This document shows, piece by piece, positions 39,935-52,334 of a stretch of DNA of 64,000 nt (positions within the stretch are counted from its first letter, which is position 1; the number at the start of each line of letters is the position of its first letter). This DNA is from the human T2T-CHM13v2.0 reference genome, Homo sapiens: NCBI RefSeq assembly GCF_009914755.1, contig NC_060940.1; one strand, given 5' to 3'. Under the pieces are notes generated by a model, which ran no database searches, was not told the origin of the DNA, and was given only the letters and a program-made list of their open reading frames with translations. The position numbers and the translations under genes are program-made.

Positions 39935-40270
39935 GGCCAGATACACCAGCTCGCACCTGTAATCCCAGCACTTTGGGAGGCTTAGGCGGGTGGATCACCT
40001 GAGGTTAGGAGTTTGAGACCAGCCTGGCCAACATGGTGAAACCCCATCTCTACTAAAAATACAAAAAAAAAAAAAAAAAAGGTATCTGGGTGTGGTGGCA
40101 GTGCTTGTAATCCCAGCGGCTGGGGAGGCTGAGGCAGGAGAATCACTGTGAACCTGGGAGGCGGAGGTTGTAGTGAGCCAAGATCGTGCCACTGCCCTCC
40201 AGGCTGGGTGACAGAGCAAGACTTCGTCTCAAAAAAAAGAAAACAAAAGCAAAAAACAAGAAATTAAAAA
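39935..40270 (+). mobile_element. Alu (AluSx-like)
   Basis: gatcacctgaggttaggagtttgagaccagcctggccaacatgg; expanded middle A tract. Confidence 0.94.
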
Positions 40271-40647
40271 ATGAAGCTGATTTACTAGCGCTAGAGGGAA
40301 GGAACAACAGCCTCTGTCCTCCCCTTGCTGTCTGAAGCCCAAAGGGAATGAGGGGGGAAATTATCAGGGCGCTTGATGCAGCCACGCAGCATGGAGGGGT
40401 GAACACGCTCGTCATCCTAGCTGGAGCAAGGGCTTGGCAGCTGTGCACATGCGCCAAAGCTCATCGAACTGCACGCTTTACACACGTGCAGCTTGTTGTG
40501 TCTCACAACATGGCACTGTTTCAAAGAATGCACGAGAATGGACAGACTCTGTGCAGTGAATCTGCAGGGTGGACTAGTCCTCAGCCCCGAAGAGGAAGTG
40601 CTGACCTACACTCCCAGGATGCACCTTGAAGCACCACGTCCAGAGAA

Positions 40648-40868
40648 AGAGGCCGGCCTTGCACACATCGCAGCCAGGCAGGGAGACAGGAGGCCGAGGC
40701 GGTTAGACAGCCAGGCGGGGAGACGGGAGGCCGGCCTTGCACACATCACAGCCAGGCAGGGAGACAGGAGGCCAGCCTTGCACACATCGCAGCCAGGCGG
40801 GGAGATGGGAGGCCAGCCTTGCACACATCGTAGCCAGGCGGGCAGACAGCCAGGCAGGGAGACGGGCG
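40648..40868. repeat. 41-bp VNTR, 4 full units plus partials (GAGGCC(G/A)GCCTTGCACACATCGCAGCCAGGC(A/G)GGGAGAC(A/G)G)
   Basis: TGCACAC recurs at 40660, 40738, 40779 and 40820. Confidence 0.93.
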
Positions 40869-43427
40869 GCCCCCATTTCCCTGGGGTAGAGCAAGGCTGG
40901 TTTTGGAGGCTTGCAGGCATCCTCCAGGGCCTGGATGAGAGGAATCACCAGAGTCACTTGGGCTCAGACACCCCCACCCAGGATGGCCTGGACCTCATCC
41001 CACATGGGTGACGGGGGCCAAGGCCATCAGAGTGTGGCCCAGGCCCCAGCCGGGCCTGGGGTACAGGAAGGGTGACTCACCCAGAGAAGACCCCTGTGCC
41101 CTGGAGTCCACTGAGTGAAGCCACACGGCTGGACTGCCTTGCACCTGCCATCGGTCCGCACACCCCATCCTGCGCCAGCCTCCAGGACACAATGGCTTCC
41201 AGGAAGCGCCGGGGAGGGGAGAGAAAAGACTCGCAACAATGGCCCCGGCCGGCCTGTTCTGCCCTGTCCCGCCCCAGCCTGCCACGAGACCCTGCCGAGT
41301 CCCCTCTGAGGCCGCCACTGGCACCCCAAGTGGCCAAGGCCCCCGGAGACCCTTAAGGGCTGGGAACCCCAAGGCTCCCGAGGCTGGGGCTGCAGAGTCT
41401 CGGCCCCACGGCCAGTACCACGGCCCCCACTTCTGGGCCGGAATGGAAGGAACAGGCCTTCTCTTCAAGGCTCCCAGAGTGACCTGTCGTCACCCTCACA
41501 CCTGAGGTGCTGCTGTGGCCAGCTCTGGCCCAGGTGGCCTCGTTGTCCCTGTGTGTCCTAGCTGTGGGAAGCGGGAGCAGAGAGAAGGTGTCTGTCCTGC
41601 CAGCTTCCTGCTGTCCGGTGCCGCCTCCCGGGGAACGAAGGTGCTGATCCGGGGTGCCGGCCATGTGGGGGTGCACAGGCTTGGGCAGGCAGCTGGGCAG
41701 GGACAGCCAGAGTGGTGTCTGGCGCTCAGGGCCGGACTACAGCTCTGGTGGGCTGATTGCCTGGCCTGGCAGCACCCTGCTGTCAGCCCTCCCTCCCTGA
41801 ATGCGGTCAGCTGCCTGCGACATGGCCTGGCCGGCAAGCCCAGGAAGCCGGTATGAAGTGGAATCAGCAGAGCATTAAACAAGGTACAAATGATTTGCAA
41901 TAAATTATATAAATGCTGTCGGAGCTGTCGGGTCGCGGCCTCCAGAGCCCGTGAGGTCTCCTCGGGCAGCCCGGGGGCACAGGCGTCCGGCACCCCCATG
42001 GCCATCCCCGGGGCAGCTACGCGGCCTTTGTGGATGCCAACCTTTGTCACAGCCAGGAGGGGGCCTCCCTCGGGAGGGGCTGTTTAAATATTGGCAGTTG
42101 ACGACTTAACTCAGTTAACCGTAAAGATGAAAAACCTCCCGGGTGAGTACAAAAGGAGCAGGAGTCAGAGTGCCTGGCTGCACAGCTGGGGCCCAGCCTC
42201 TCTCTGCAGCCACTGCGTGCGGGGCCGGCCCCTCCACTGGCCACCTGGGGATCGTAGCTGGCTCCTGTCCAGTTCTCCCAGGTGACGCAAGCTGCGGTGT
42301 GGGGGCCGCCCCCCGTGCCTGACCCCGGCCCCTCCGCACAGGCCCCCGCCCCGGGTCTGGCTCAGCTGGTTCCTCAGATGTCCCTGGGCGGCCTGGCACC
42401 TTCTCTGAGGAGCCCCCGGGTGAAATTCCCCCAAAAACACACACTCTAGGCCCACGCGTGGTCATCTGTGGTTCCAAGGGCCTCGCCTGGCCGAGCCGAG
42501 AGCTGGGGCACCCGGCACCTGAGGGTTGGAGGGGTGACGGACCCGGGGCTGCCTGCAGACCCACGTTTCAGGGGCTCCTCTTGTGTGGATCTCCTTGGAG
42601 CTCCCGGGGCTGGGCCTGGGCTGGGGTAGGGCGAGGTGGGGGTGTTGAGGGTGGTCTGGTGGCCAGACCTGGGATCTGGGGGACCTGCTGCATTACCTCT
42701 TGAGGACTCCCTAAGAAAGGACCCCGTGACTCTGCACCAGCTCAGCCCTTCCTGCAAGCAGAGGGGCTGTGCAGAGCTGGGGGCTGGTGAGGGAACCAAG
42801 CAGGGGAGAGGGGCACCCATGTCTGCTTTGCGCCTTCCACGGCCCCTTGAAGTCTGTCTGGAAGCACCCGGCCTGGGCTCACCCCATCCTGTCACTTTCC
42901 CTCCCAGGTCAACCCCTCCTCCTTCCCACTCCACAGTGATCCGGGGGATTCAGCAGCTCAGGCAGAGTTGGGTGCTGCCAGGCACGTGCCCTCTGCCCAC
43001 CCCCACACACCCCAGACTCAGCTCCCTGCCCCCCATGCCCTCGGAGGAGGCTTCCCTGACACATTTGGGTCCAGGAGACTGAACCAGACGTGTCCACCCC
43101 GGCCTCAAGGCCTTGGCCCAGGCCAGAGGCAGCCCCACCCCTAGGGCCTCCGAGATCCTGCGGACCCCAAGGGACAGGCTGAAGGCTCTGCTCCCCCAGC
43201 CCAGCTCCATCCTGGGTTCTGTCTCCTCCCATGAGGCCACGCCCTCTGGCTCCGCCCCCACAGGGAGCTGTTAAAAATGGCCTCCCTCTTTCTGAGCCTT
43301 TGTCACGTGCGGGCTCCCATCCTTCATGACTGCTTTCACAGCCTGAGGCGGAGCTCACACACGGACGGACGGCTCACCCACTTATGGGTGAGTTTTCAGT
43401 GCACCCAGCGGTGCAGCCGTCTCTGCA

Positions 43428-43700
43428 GGTCTCGCTCTGTCGCCCAGGCTGGAGTGCAGTGGCACAATCTCCACTCACTGCAGCCTCGACCCCTCAGAGT
43501 CAAGTGATCCTCCTACCTCAGCCTCTCGAGTAGCTGAGATCACAGGCACCACCACCACACCTGGCTAATTTTATTTCATTTTTTTTTTTTTTTTTTTGTA
43601 GAGACGGGGTTGGGTCTCAGTATGTTGCCCAGGCTGGTCTCAAATTCTTGGGCTCAAATGATCTTCCTGCCTGGCCCCCATAAAAGCTTGGATTGCAGCT
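43428..43700 (-). mobile_element. Alu (AluJ-like)
   Basis: ggtctcgctctgtcgcccaggctggagtgcagtggc...tatgttgcccaggctggtctcaaattcttgggctcaa. Confidence 0.9.
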
Positions 43701-43745
43701 TTTATGGTGGTGTCAACTGTCACCGCCCTAAAATAAACCCCTTTC

Positions 43746-44137
43746 TGTGTTAGTCTGTTTCGTGTTGTTGTAAAGGAATGCTTGGGACTGGGTGATCTCT
43801 AAAGAAAAGAAGTTGATTTGGCTCACGGTCCTACAGGCTGTATAGGAAGTACAGCGCAGGTATCTGCTTCTGGGGAGGCCTCAGGAAGCTTCCAATCATG
43901 GCAGAAAGGAAGGAGAACCCAAAAGTCACATGGAGGGAGAGGGTGCCAGGGAGAGGAGGAGGTGCCAGCTGCTGTGTGAACTACTGGAGCAAGAAAGCAC
44001 TCATCATCACTGGACAGCAGCAAGCCACTCCTGAGGAATCCGCCCCTGGTGCAGACACCTCCCACCAGGCCCACTTCCAACCCTGGAAGTCACGTTTCAA
44101 CATGAGATTTGGAGGGGGGGCCACACATCCAAACCAA
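43746..44137 (+). mobile_element. MaLR solo LTR (MST-like)
   Basis: tgtgttagtctgttt...aagaaaagaagttgatttggctcacgg...ggcctcaggaagcttccaatcatggcagaa...cacctcccaccaggccccact...catgagatttggagggg...atccaaacca; strand assignment uncertain. Confidence 0.85.
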
Positions 44138-44179
44138 ACAAACCCTCTGCTTGCTAGACGTCTCCCCTCCCCCACCCCC

Positions 44180-44870
<691 letters not shown>

Positions 44871-44899
44871 GTTCATGATCACTTTTTATTTGATGAAGC

Positions 44900-45005
44900 A
44901 TTGATTTTCCAGAGAAGGAAATTTAAGGCTCAGAGAGGGTAAGACACATGTCCAAGGCCACACAGCCAGGAAGTGGTGGAGCTGGCATTTGAACCCAGGC
45001 CGTGC
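44900..45005 (+). mobile_element. MIR fragment
   Basis: aaggctcagagagggtaag...ccaaggccacacagccaggaagtggtggagctggcatttgaacccagg. Confidence 0.8.
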
Positions 45006-46986
45006 GTCTGCAGAGCCAGAGAAAGGCCCGGAGCTTCCCTCCCCAGGTCCCCAGGCGGCCTGCGGGCCCCTCCACAGCCCAGTGATCCTTCAAGCACTCC
45101 CAAGCCCAGCCTCCGCCTGCAGCCCCTCCACAGCCTGTCCAGGGCAGGGAAGGGCCACCTCACAGGCCACGGCCTCTTCCGCGCAGTGCCTGGGGGCCGG
45201 TCTTGGGGACAGTGGCGTGGTGCCCCTGCCTCTCCCGTCTTCCACACAGACAACTGCGAAGGTGAGAAGGGTGAGCGGCGTCTAGACGGCGCTGTCCACC
45301 CAGCGGCAATAAAATCGGATGTTTCCGCACACAGCACCGTCACAGGCTATCACCGTTTAACACGGCAACTCTTAAAATCATTGCTGCTGCGTCTAAACCG
45401 TCCTGAGCTCACAGCTGAGCCCAGGAAAGGGCTTGGGGTGCGCGCCAGCCGGCAGCCACCAGGCTCCCCATCCCACAGTGTGGGGTCATGCTTCCCGCCC
45501 AGCACGGTCTCGAGGGTGGTGGATCCCAAAATTCCTTGGGATGCCAGCGCAGTCCCTTCAGCCACCCAGTCAGCAGGTATTTATTGGCACCTACTGGATG
45601 CTAGGCAGGAGCAAAGGACACTCACCTGCTCCCCACTCCAGGGTCTCGTGTCTCTGACTCCATGGCAGGACAAAGGTGAGAGCCCGCCATGCTTCGGGGC
45701 GACCTACCGGGCTCCGTCCTGCCCTTGAGTCTGCGGCTCAATGGGGCCCCACCGAGGCTGCTCCCAGGGAAGAAGCATTCTGGCCAGGCAGGGCCCGAGC
45801 CTGTGTCAGTGAGAGGCCCTGTTGCCTGCCCTGGAGGCCGATCCCTGCAGGGGCCAGTCTAGGCAGGGACGCCCCTCTTGTCTGCATATTCCCGGGGCCT
45901 GGCTTCCTGGCCGCGTGGGCAGCCTCCTTGGTGGCGGTGACCTGGGTCCCCGGCTCACAGGCCACACGTAGCAGCAGAACCCAGAGCTGGCTGGGAGAAG
46001 GGGTCTCACTGGACACCAGGCAGTGACCGCCACGGCTGGCTCTCCAGGCTTTGCCAGGAGAGGACTCTGTCCACCAGCCCTTGGTCCAGATTCTGGCAGA
46101 CCAGCCACGGGCCCCACTGCTACAGGGAGCTGAGGACCAGTCAGGGCGTGCCTGTCCCATCGCTGCCATGCCGGGCCCCACTGCCGACGTCCTCCTTCCC
46201 CTGGGCAGCGTGGGGGATGCTGAAATCCGTGGGAGACCCCGAGAAGCCCACCCCACCTTCTTGGGTTCCGCCACATGATGGCTGAGCTAGGAGGTCACTT
46301 GTACTCTCTCCCCGCAGCTCTTTGTCAAAGAAAAGCATTGCCCTTAAAAACAACCCCGGCCAAAAAAAGAAAAAAGGAAACAGCGAAAACCAGAAGCAAA
46401 TTTTCCAGAGACCTGGAGGATTAGAAACAATACATCTGAACGTTCTGGAGTTGAATTAAACCATCTCAATGCCGGTTTCCAACCGTCCTGGGCTTCTCTC
46501 TGACGCTCAGCGAAGGGCGCGCATCACGGCATCACCGCTCTCAGGACGATTTCCCGTCTCGTCTCACTGGACCGTCTGCCGTTTATGTCCTTTCTCGGTG
46601 GAGGCCCTCACGTCGCGTTGAGGTGGTCCCCGCTCCGGCTGCGTGAACGCGGCCTCAGCTGCCTCATCTTCCGGCAGATGGATGTTCAGAGCAGGGAGCA
46701 TCCATGTTCCAGGCATGCGGGCACCTGTCCCGCCGGACGTGGAGCGTGCAAGTCAGTGGGCAGCAGCCCAGGGGACACAGAGCCCCCAAGGACAAGGTGG
46801 GCACGCCATCCGATGGGCTGGAGTGAACGGAAAGCGGTGGGAGGCAGCCTCCGTCCCAGACCTTGAGCTGGAAAATGCCCGCCCGGGTGCTGGAGAGGCT
46901 CCAACTGGTCTGCAAATTGTCCGTGGGATGCCTGGCGACTGCACGCTTTCTCAGATTACAGACACTTTCTTTAAAAAAAATCTGTG

Positions 46987-47291
46987 GGCCGGGCGCGGTG
47001 ACTTACGCCTGTAATCCCCATACTTTCAGAGTCTGAGGCAGGCGGATCACGAGGTCAGGAGTTCAAGACCAGCCTGGCCAACATGGCAAAACCCCGTCTC
47101 TTCTAAAAATATGAAAATTAGCTGGGCATGGTAATTACATGCCTGTAATCCCAGCTACACGGGAGGCTGAGGCAGGAGAATCGCTTGAACTGACACCAGG
47201 AGGCGGAGTTTGCAGTGAGCCGAGATCACGCCACTACACTCCAGCCTGTGATACAGAGCGAAACTATGTCTCAAAAAAAAAAAAAAAAAAA
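46987..47291 (+). mobile_element. Alu (AluS-like)
   Basis: ggccgggcgcggtg...gatcacgaggtcaggagttcaagaccagcctggccaacatgg...polyA. Confidence 0.95.
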
Positions 47292-47758
47292 GTCTGTTAT
47301 AGAAGTCCGTGGTCTTTTTCCCTTCTGCCGACATCTGGAGGACAGAGTGTGGCCGGGAGGGCAACAGCTGCTGTGTTCAGAATTCCAAGATGCTTCCCAG
47401 GCGCCCTCTGGGTCTTCCCGCTCCCCGGCTCCCTCCGGCCTGCCACAGGGCCTTTGCATGGGCTGCCGTTGCTGCTGGAAAGAGCCTCTGCTCCTCTTCC
47501 GGCTGCCGGCTTGTCCTCACAGAGGCCCCGCCCTCGTCTATCTGGGCGCCCCCTGGCACTTAGTTTGGAAACTGTTTTCTCCTCCCCATAAGACGGAAGC
47601 TGCAGGCATGAGAACCGGGTCTGTCTGGTCACAGCCAAGGCACCTCCACCCTCCAACCGGGCCCCGCGCACTGTCCACCCTCAACTACCATTTGTCCAGC
47701 AAATCAACGACAGCCCCCAGCTAGAATCTGGAGCTTCAGTCTGTGGCTTTGCCTTAGC

Positions 47759-48072
<314 letters not shown>

Positions 48073-49749
48073 CCACCCTAACTTTTAACGAGCAGGGTGT
48101 TGATAAAAAGATCAGAGGTTCCAAGTGCCCTCTGGACCGGACTCCGATTCAGCGTTTGTGTCTCCCCACCTGCTCCAGCCTCCCTCCACGGATGTGTCCA
48201 AAGCACGGGGCTCTCCTAGGTCCTGCTCCTCTGTGGCTGGAACCTTAATTGGACCTTTGAAGGCCTAATTCACCAGCTGTGGCCCTCCATCGCTGAGTAG
48301 TTGCATTAAAATAGACTGAATGTTTTCCTTTTCTTGAAAGTTCCCGTATACAGGAGGAGGTGCTGCTGAAAGGACCTGTACCCCAGCCAGGCCCCCACAC
48401 TCCTGCCTTCCAGTTCCTCGGCCCACCCCAGGTGCTGTGTGTCCTTCCGGGCCCCAGCTGGGCAGGGCCTCTTCTTCACCCTGCACGATGTGGCCCACCC
48501 GGGGGAGGTCCTGCTTCTCTGCTGCTCACCCGCAGGTGGGAAGCCACAGCCGCCCCACAGCCTCTCCGGGTCTGGGGTCTCAGGGTGCGCCCTGGAGCAG
48601 GGCCTCTTTGTCTGGAGGGAGAAGGGGTCTCTCCCACTACCAGGGGCCCCTTGTTGGCGGGCGTGCTGAGGTGCACACCTGGGAGCTCAAGCTCCCTGGT
48701 GCACAAAGCAGTGGTCCCAGAAGCAAAACCACCCTTCCAGCCTGGAGGGGTGCCCTGGGGGGAGTCAGGAGCCTGGGCACCTGCCCCCACCTGCTGGCAC
48801 CTCGAGGTGCGGCCAGCCCTCCCTGGGACAAGGGCCTGGCCATCCCCAATGTCTGAAGGGTCCACCCCTTCCCGACCAAACCACTTGCTCTGAGGGTCCA
48901 GGGGAAGGCCCTTCTGCTGGCCTGGCTGAAGGAGCAGCTGCTGGCAGGGGGAAGGGGCCTGCACTTCTCCTCGGGGGCCCCTGGGTGAGTCTCGCTGAGG
49001 CAGCGGGGTTGGAGGATGCAGGAGCACCAGGCTGCCGTCCCCAGGGTCCCCCAGATCCCCACGCGGGAGGGGACCGGAGACGAGGACAAGTTCGCGGAAA
49101 CTGCCCGTGCGTGTCGGGGAGAGATGCGAGTGCAGGAGCGCCCAGCCGTAAAGCACACCCCCGCCCGCCCCCGCGCCCCATCACACACGCGCGCGCGGGC
49201 ACACCCGGGACACACACGCGGCGGGGAAGGGGCACGCAGCCTCTCGCCTTCCACGCCCGCCCGGTCCCCGCCCCTCCGCCGACCCGGGCCCGCGTCGTAG
49301 TGGGGGTGGGGGTGGGGGCGGCGGCGGCGCGCGCGGCAGCGCGAAGGGGGAGGGGGAGCCGGAGCGGGAGGGGGAGGGGCGCGGCATCGGCGGCTCGGCC
49401 GCCCCCGCAGTTGGGGGCAGGGAAGGACGTAGGTGCTCCCCCTCCCACCCCGCCGGAGCCTCCCGCGAGCGCCCCCTGGTGCACCCCACGCCCGGCATTG
49501 TTGGGGAGCACGAAAAGCGGGGAGCCCAGTGCGGGGGCGTGGAGGGGGCGCGGGCGGGGTCCAACTTCCCGCACCCGGGGGGGGGCGGGGCGCCGGGCGG
49601 CGACAGGGAGGGGTCGCTCGGGCGCGCGCGTCTCGGGCCGGGGGCGGATCCTCCCCAGTACCCCCCCGCCCGCCCCGCCCCCGGCCCCGCCCCGGCCACG
49701 CTGGCCCCGCCCCGGTCGCGCCGGCCCCGCCCCGCCCCGCCCCCCGCCG

Positions 49750-50117
49750 CTCAGCCCGAAGTTTCCTGCGCCGCGCGCGGACGGGCTCGAGGCTCGCTCG
49801 CTACCTCACCGGTCCCCGGCCCGCGCCCCGCGCCCCGCGCCCCGCGCCCCGGCCTCACCCGTCCGCTCAGCGGCCTCCACGCCGCGCCGAGGCCGCCGCC
49901 GTCGCCTCCGCCGGGCGAGCCGGAGCCGGAGTCGAGCCGCGGCCGGGAGCCGGGCGGGCTGGGGACGCGGGCCGGGGGCGGAGGCGCTGGGGGCCGGGGC
50001 CGGGGCCGGGGGCGGAGGCGCTGGGGGCCGGGGCCGGGGCCGGGCGCCGAGCGGGGTCCGCGGTGACCGCGCCGCCCGGGCGATGCCCGCGGGGACGCCG
50101 CCGGCCAGCAGAGCGAG
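49750..50117 (+). other. CACNA1H: CACNA1H non-coding exon 1 (5' UTR); 5' end approximate
   Basis: Donor GAGCGAG|GTGAGA at 50117/50118. The sequence matches my recollection of the CACNA1H mRNA leader. The TSS cannot be fixed from sequence. Confidence 0.75.
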
Positions 50118-50366
50118 GTGAGACGCGGCGAGGACGCGCGCCCGGGACCCTCTTCAACTTGCGCGAAGCGGGCCGGGGAGCCCCTCGGGGTGGGGGTGGG
50201 GCCGCTGGAGGGAGGGAGGGGGCGGGCGGGGGCGGGGGGCGCGTTTGTCTCTAATAAGAAAAGACAAAGACATCCCGGCGGCCGCGGCTGTTCCCGCAGC
50301 TCCGCGCCGCGGGAGGCAGGGCGGGGGCGTCGCCACCGGCCCCGGGTCACCCCCTGTCCTCTGCAG
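50118..50366 (+). other. CACNA1H: CACNA1H intron 1 (249 bp, GT-AG)
   Basis: GTGAGA donor; acceptor cccctgtcctctgcag|GTGCTG. Confidence 0.85.
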
Positions 50367-50384
50367 GTGCTGCCGGCCGCCACC

Positions 50385-50683
50385 ATGACCGAGGGCGCAC
50401 GGGCCGCCGACGAGGTCCGGGTGCCCCTGGGCGCGCCGCCCCCTGGCCCTGCGGCGTTGGTGGGGGCGTCCCCGGAGAGCCCCGGGGCGCCGGGACGCGA
50501 GGCGGAGCGGGGGTCCGAGCTCGGCGTGTCACCCTCCGAGAGCCCGGCGGCCGAGCGCGGCGCGGAGCTGGGTGCCGACGAGGAGCAGCGCGTCCCGTAC
50601 CCGGCCTTGGCGGCCACGGTCTTCTTCTGCCTCGGTCAGACCACGCGGCCGCGCAGCTGGTGCCTCCGGCTGGTCTGCAACCC
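50385..50683 (+). CDS. CACNA1H: Voltage-dependent T-type calcium channel alpha-1H (Cav3.2), first coding exon (299 nt, partial CDS)
   Basis: GCCGCCACC-ATG Kozak context. Translates to [100 protein letters not shown], the Cav3.2 N-terminus. Ends at an ATATCCTT donor. Confidence 0.98.
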
Positions 50684-52251
50684 ATATCCTTCCCGGCCGG
50701 CGGGGGGCGGGGGGCGGGGGGCGTGGGGAGGGTGGGGGCCCGGGGCGCGGGACTCCCTCGGCATGCGCCCCCGCGCGCCCCTGTTGGTGGGACCTGGCGT
50801 GGGCCGGGCGCGCGGGGGTGCAGGGCAGGGGCTGGAGGACCGCGCTCTAATTTCTGAGAGTGGCGGGCTTGGGGGGCCACCGGGCGCCTCCGGACTCCCT
50901 TCCCCAGGGCCGGCTCCGGACGGAGAAGGTGGAAGCGAAGCGGTGAGGCCCCCGCGGGCTTGGAGGGGAGAGGAGTCGGGGAGGGAGGGAAGGTCCTAAC
51001 TCCTCGCGGCCCCAAGGGTGTTGGCCAGGACGGGAATTTCCCCCTTGCCCACCCCTCACTGTCTGAAGGTCCTGCCCGAGGCAGGCCCCTCGCGGGGGAG
51101 GGGGAGGCCAGAGGAGCTGGAGTCAGGGGCGCAAAGTTTTCAGCCGGCGCCTGGTGGTTCCGAGTGCGTGGGGAGACCCGTGGGGCCTGTGAGCGCCGCC
51201 AGGGCCTTTTCCGTGGAGAGAGGCGGTGACGTTGGTTGTGAACTCGCTTTTTCTGGCTGAACTCGGTGGCGGGGCTGACTTAAGTCATGCGCAGCTGAAG
51301 GGTAGGGGGCAGGGAGGCAATTGGCACTGCCAAGGGGGAGTCTCATCTCCCCAGCCCCTTCCCTGGCTGGAGAGGAAGAGGCAGCCTCTTCTACTCTCGG
51401 CCAGAGCGGCACAGACTGCAGAGAAGGTTCCAGAACAGAGTTGGGTCAGGGCCAGGGGCATTTGTGGGATGTACACGGAGGTCCAGGGGGCCCCCCAGCA
51501 GGTGGCCTTGGGGGCGGGTCTCCGCGTGCCCTGAGAAGGGCCTTGCGTGGTGCCTGTGTCAGGGCCGGGTCTCCCCACCGGCCCTTCTGAGCCGGCAGCT
51601 GGGGTGGCCAGGCCGTGGCTTCTGCTCCGGGCCTGGGGACGGGTGGAGAGACCCTGCCCGCAGACGTCCCCCGTCGGAGGTGGGGAGACAGGCTGGCAGC
51701 AGGAGCGGCCTGTGTACACTTCCCTACCTTGTGTGTTTAACTGTACAAATATTAAACACGAAAGAGGAATCTGTACAAAAAAAGTCATAAAGCCCGTGTT
51801 TCTCCTTTCTCAAATCCAAACATCGAGTGAGTCAGACTCATCTCTGCTTGTAGAGGAAGAGGAGGCTGCTGTGGTCCCGGGGGCAGCCGGCCCCGGCCAG
51901 AGGGCTGCCTCGGAGCCCCACACCCGCTGCCCGGGCGGCCTAGGCCTCTGTAGCCTCAGGGTGGTGTCTGCGAGTAGGTGGGTGTCCCCGGGAGCCGAGG
52001 TGCAGGCCCGGCCTTGAAGAGCGGTTGTAGGTTTGTCTCCTCTCTAGAACCAAGGCGGGAGGTGGTCATGCCCCTTTGTTCTGGTAGGAGGTGACTGGGT
52101 GTGGGGTTAGTCCGGCGGTGCCAGCAGGCCATGGGGAAGGGTCTGGAAGGGACTGCATGGGTTGGAATGGGAGGCTGGCCCCGAGCCAAGGCCTGCGTTC
52201 CTTGTTTCCCAACGTGTGCAGACCGGAGAAGGGAAAGAGTTGAGCAGGCCT

Positions 52252-52334
52252 GGACTCTCTCCTCACAGCCCCGGGCCTGGCTGCCCCATCCCCAAGCAGG
52301 GCATGGACTCTCTTCACAGCCCCGGGCCTGGCTG
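52252..52334. repeat. Short direct duplication (ggactctct..cacagccccgggcctggctg) x2
   Basis: Directly visible. Confidence 0.75.

Larger units (their letters stand above)
49000..51280. promoter_or_regulatory. CACNA1H: CpG island and TATA-less CACNA1H promoter with GC boxes and EGR1 sites
   Basis: Very high GC and CpG density. Many CCCCGCCCC (Sp/KLF) boxes at 49660-49850. GCGGGGGCG (EGR1) at 49531, 50226 and 50321. Boundaries judged by eye. Confidence 0.9.

Noticed and set aside
45288-45297. GGCGCTGTCC, a perfect REST/RE1 right half-site
   Set aside because: No matching left half at canonical spacing, so a full RE1 cannot be supported. The similar partial match near 52530 was rejected for the same reason.
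48985-50254. Long Arg/Pro/Gly/Ala ORFs (378, 273 and 195 aa, plus antisense ORFs) over the promoter
   Set aside because: Typical CpG-island artefacts with stop-codon depletion in all frames.
50118-50999. 293-aa ORF taken as a complete protein
   Set aside because: It starts at the intron-1 donor GTG and runs into intron 2; only 50385-50683 is the real exon.
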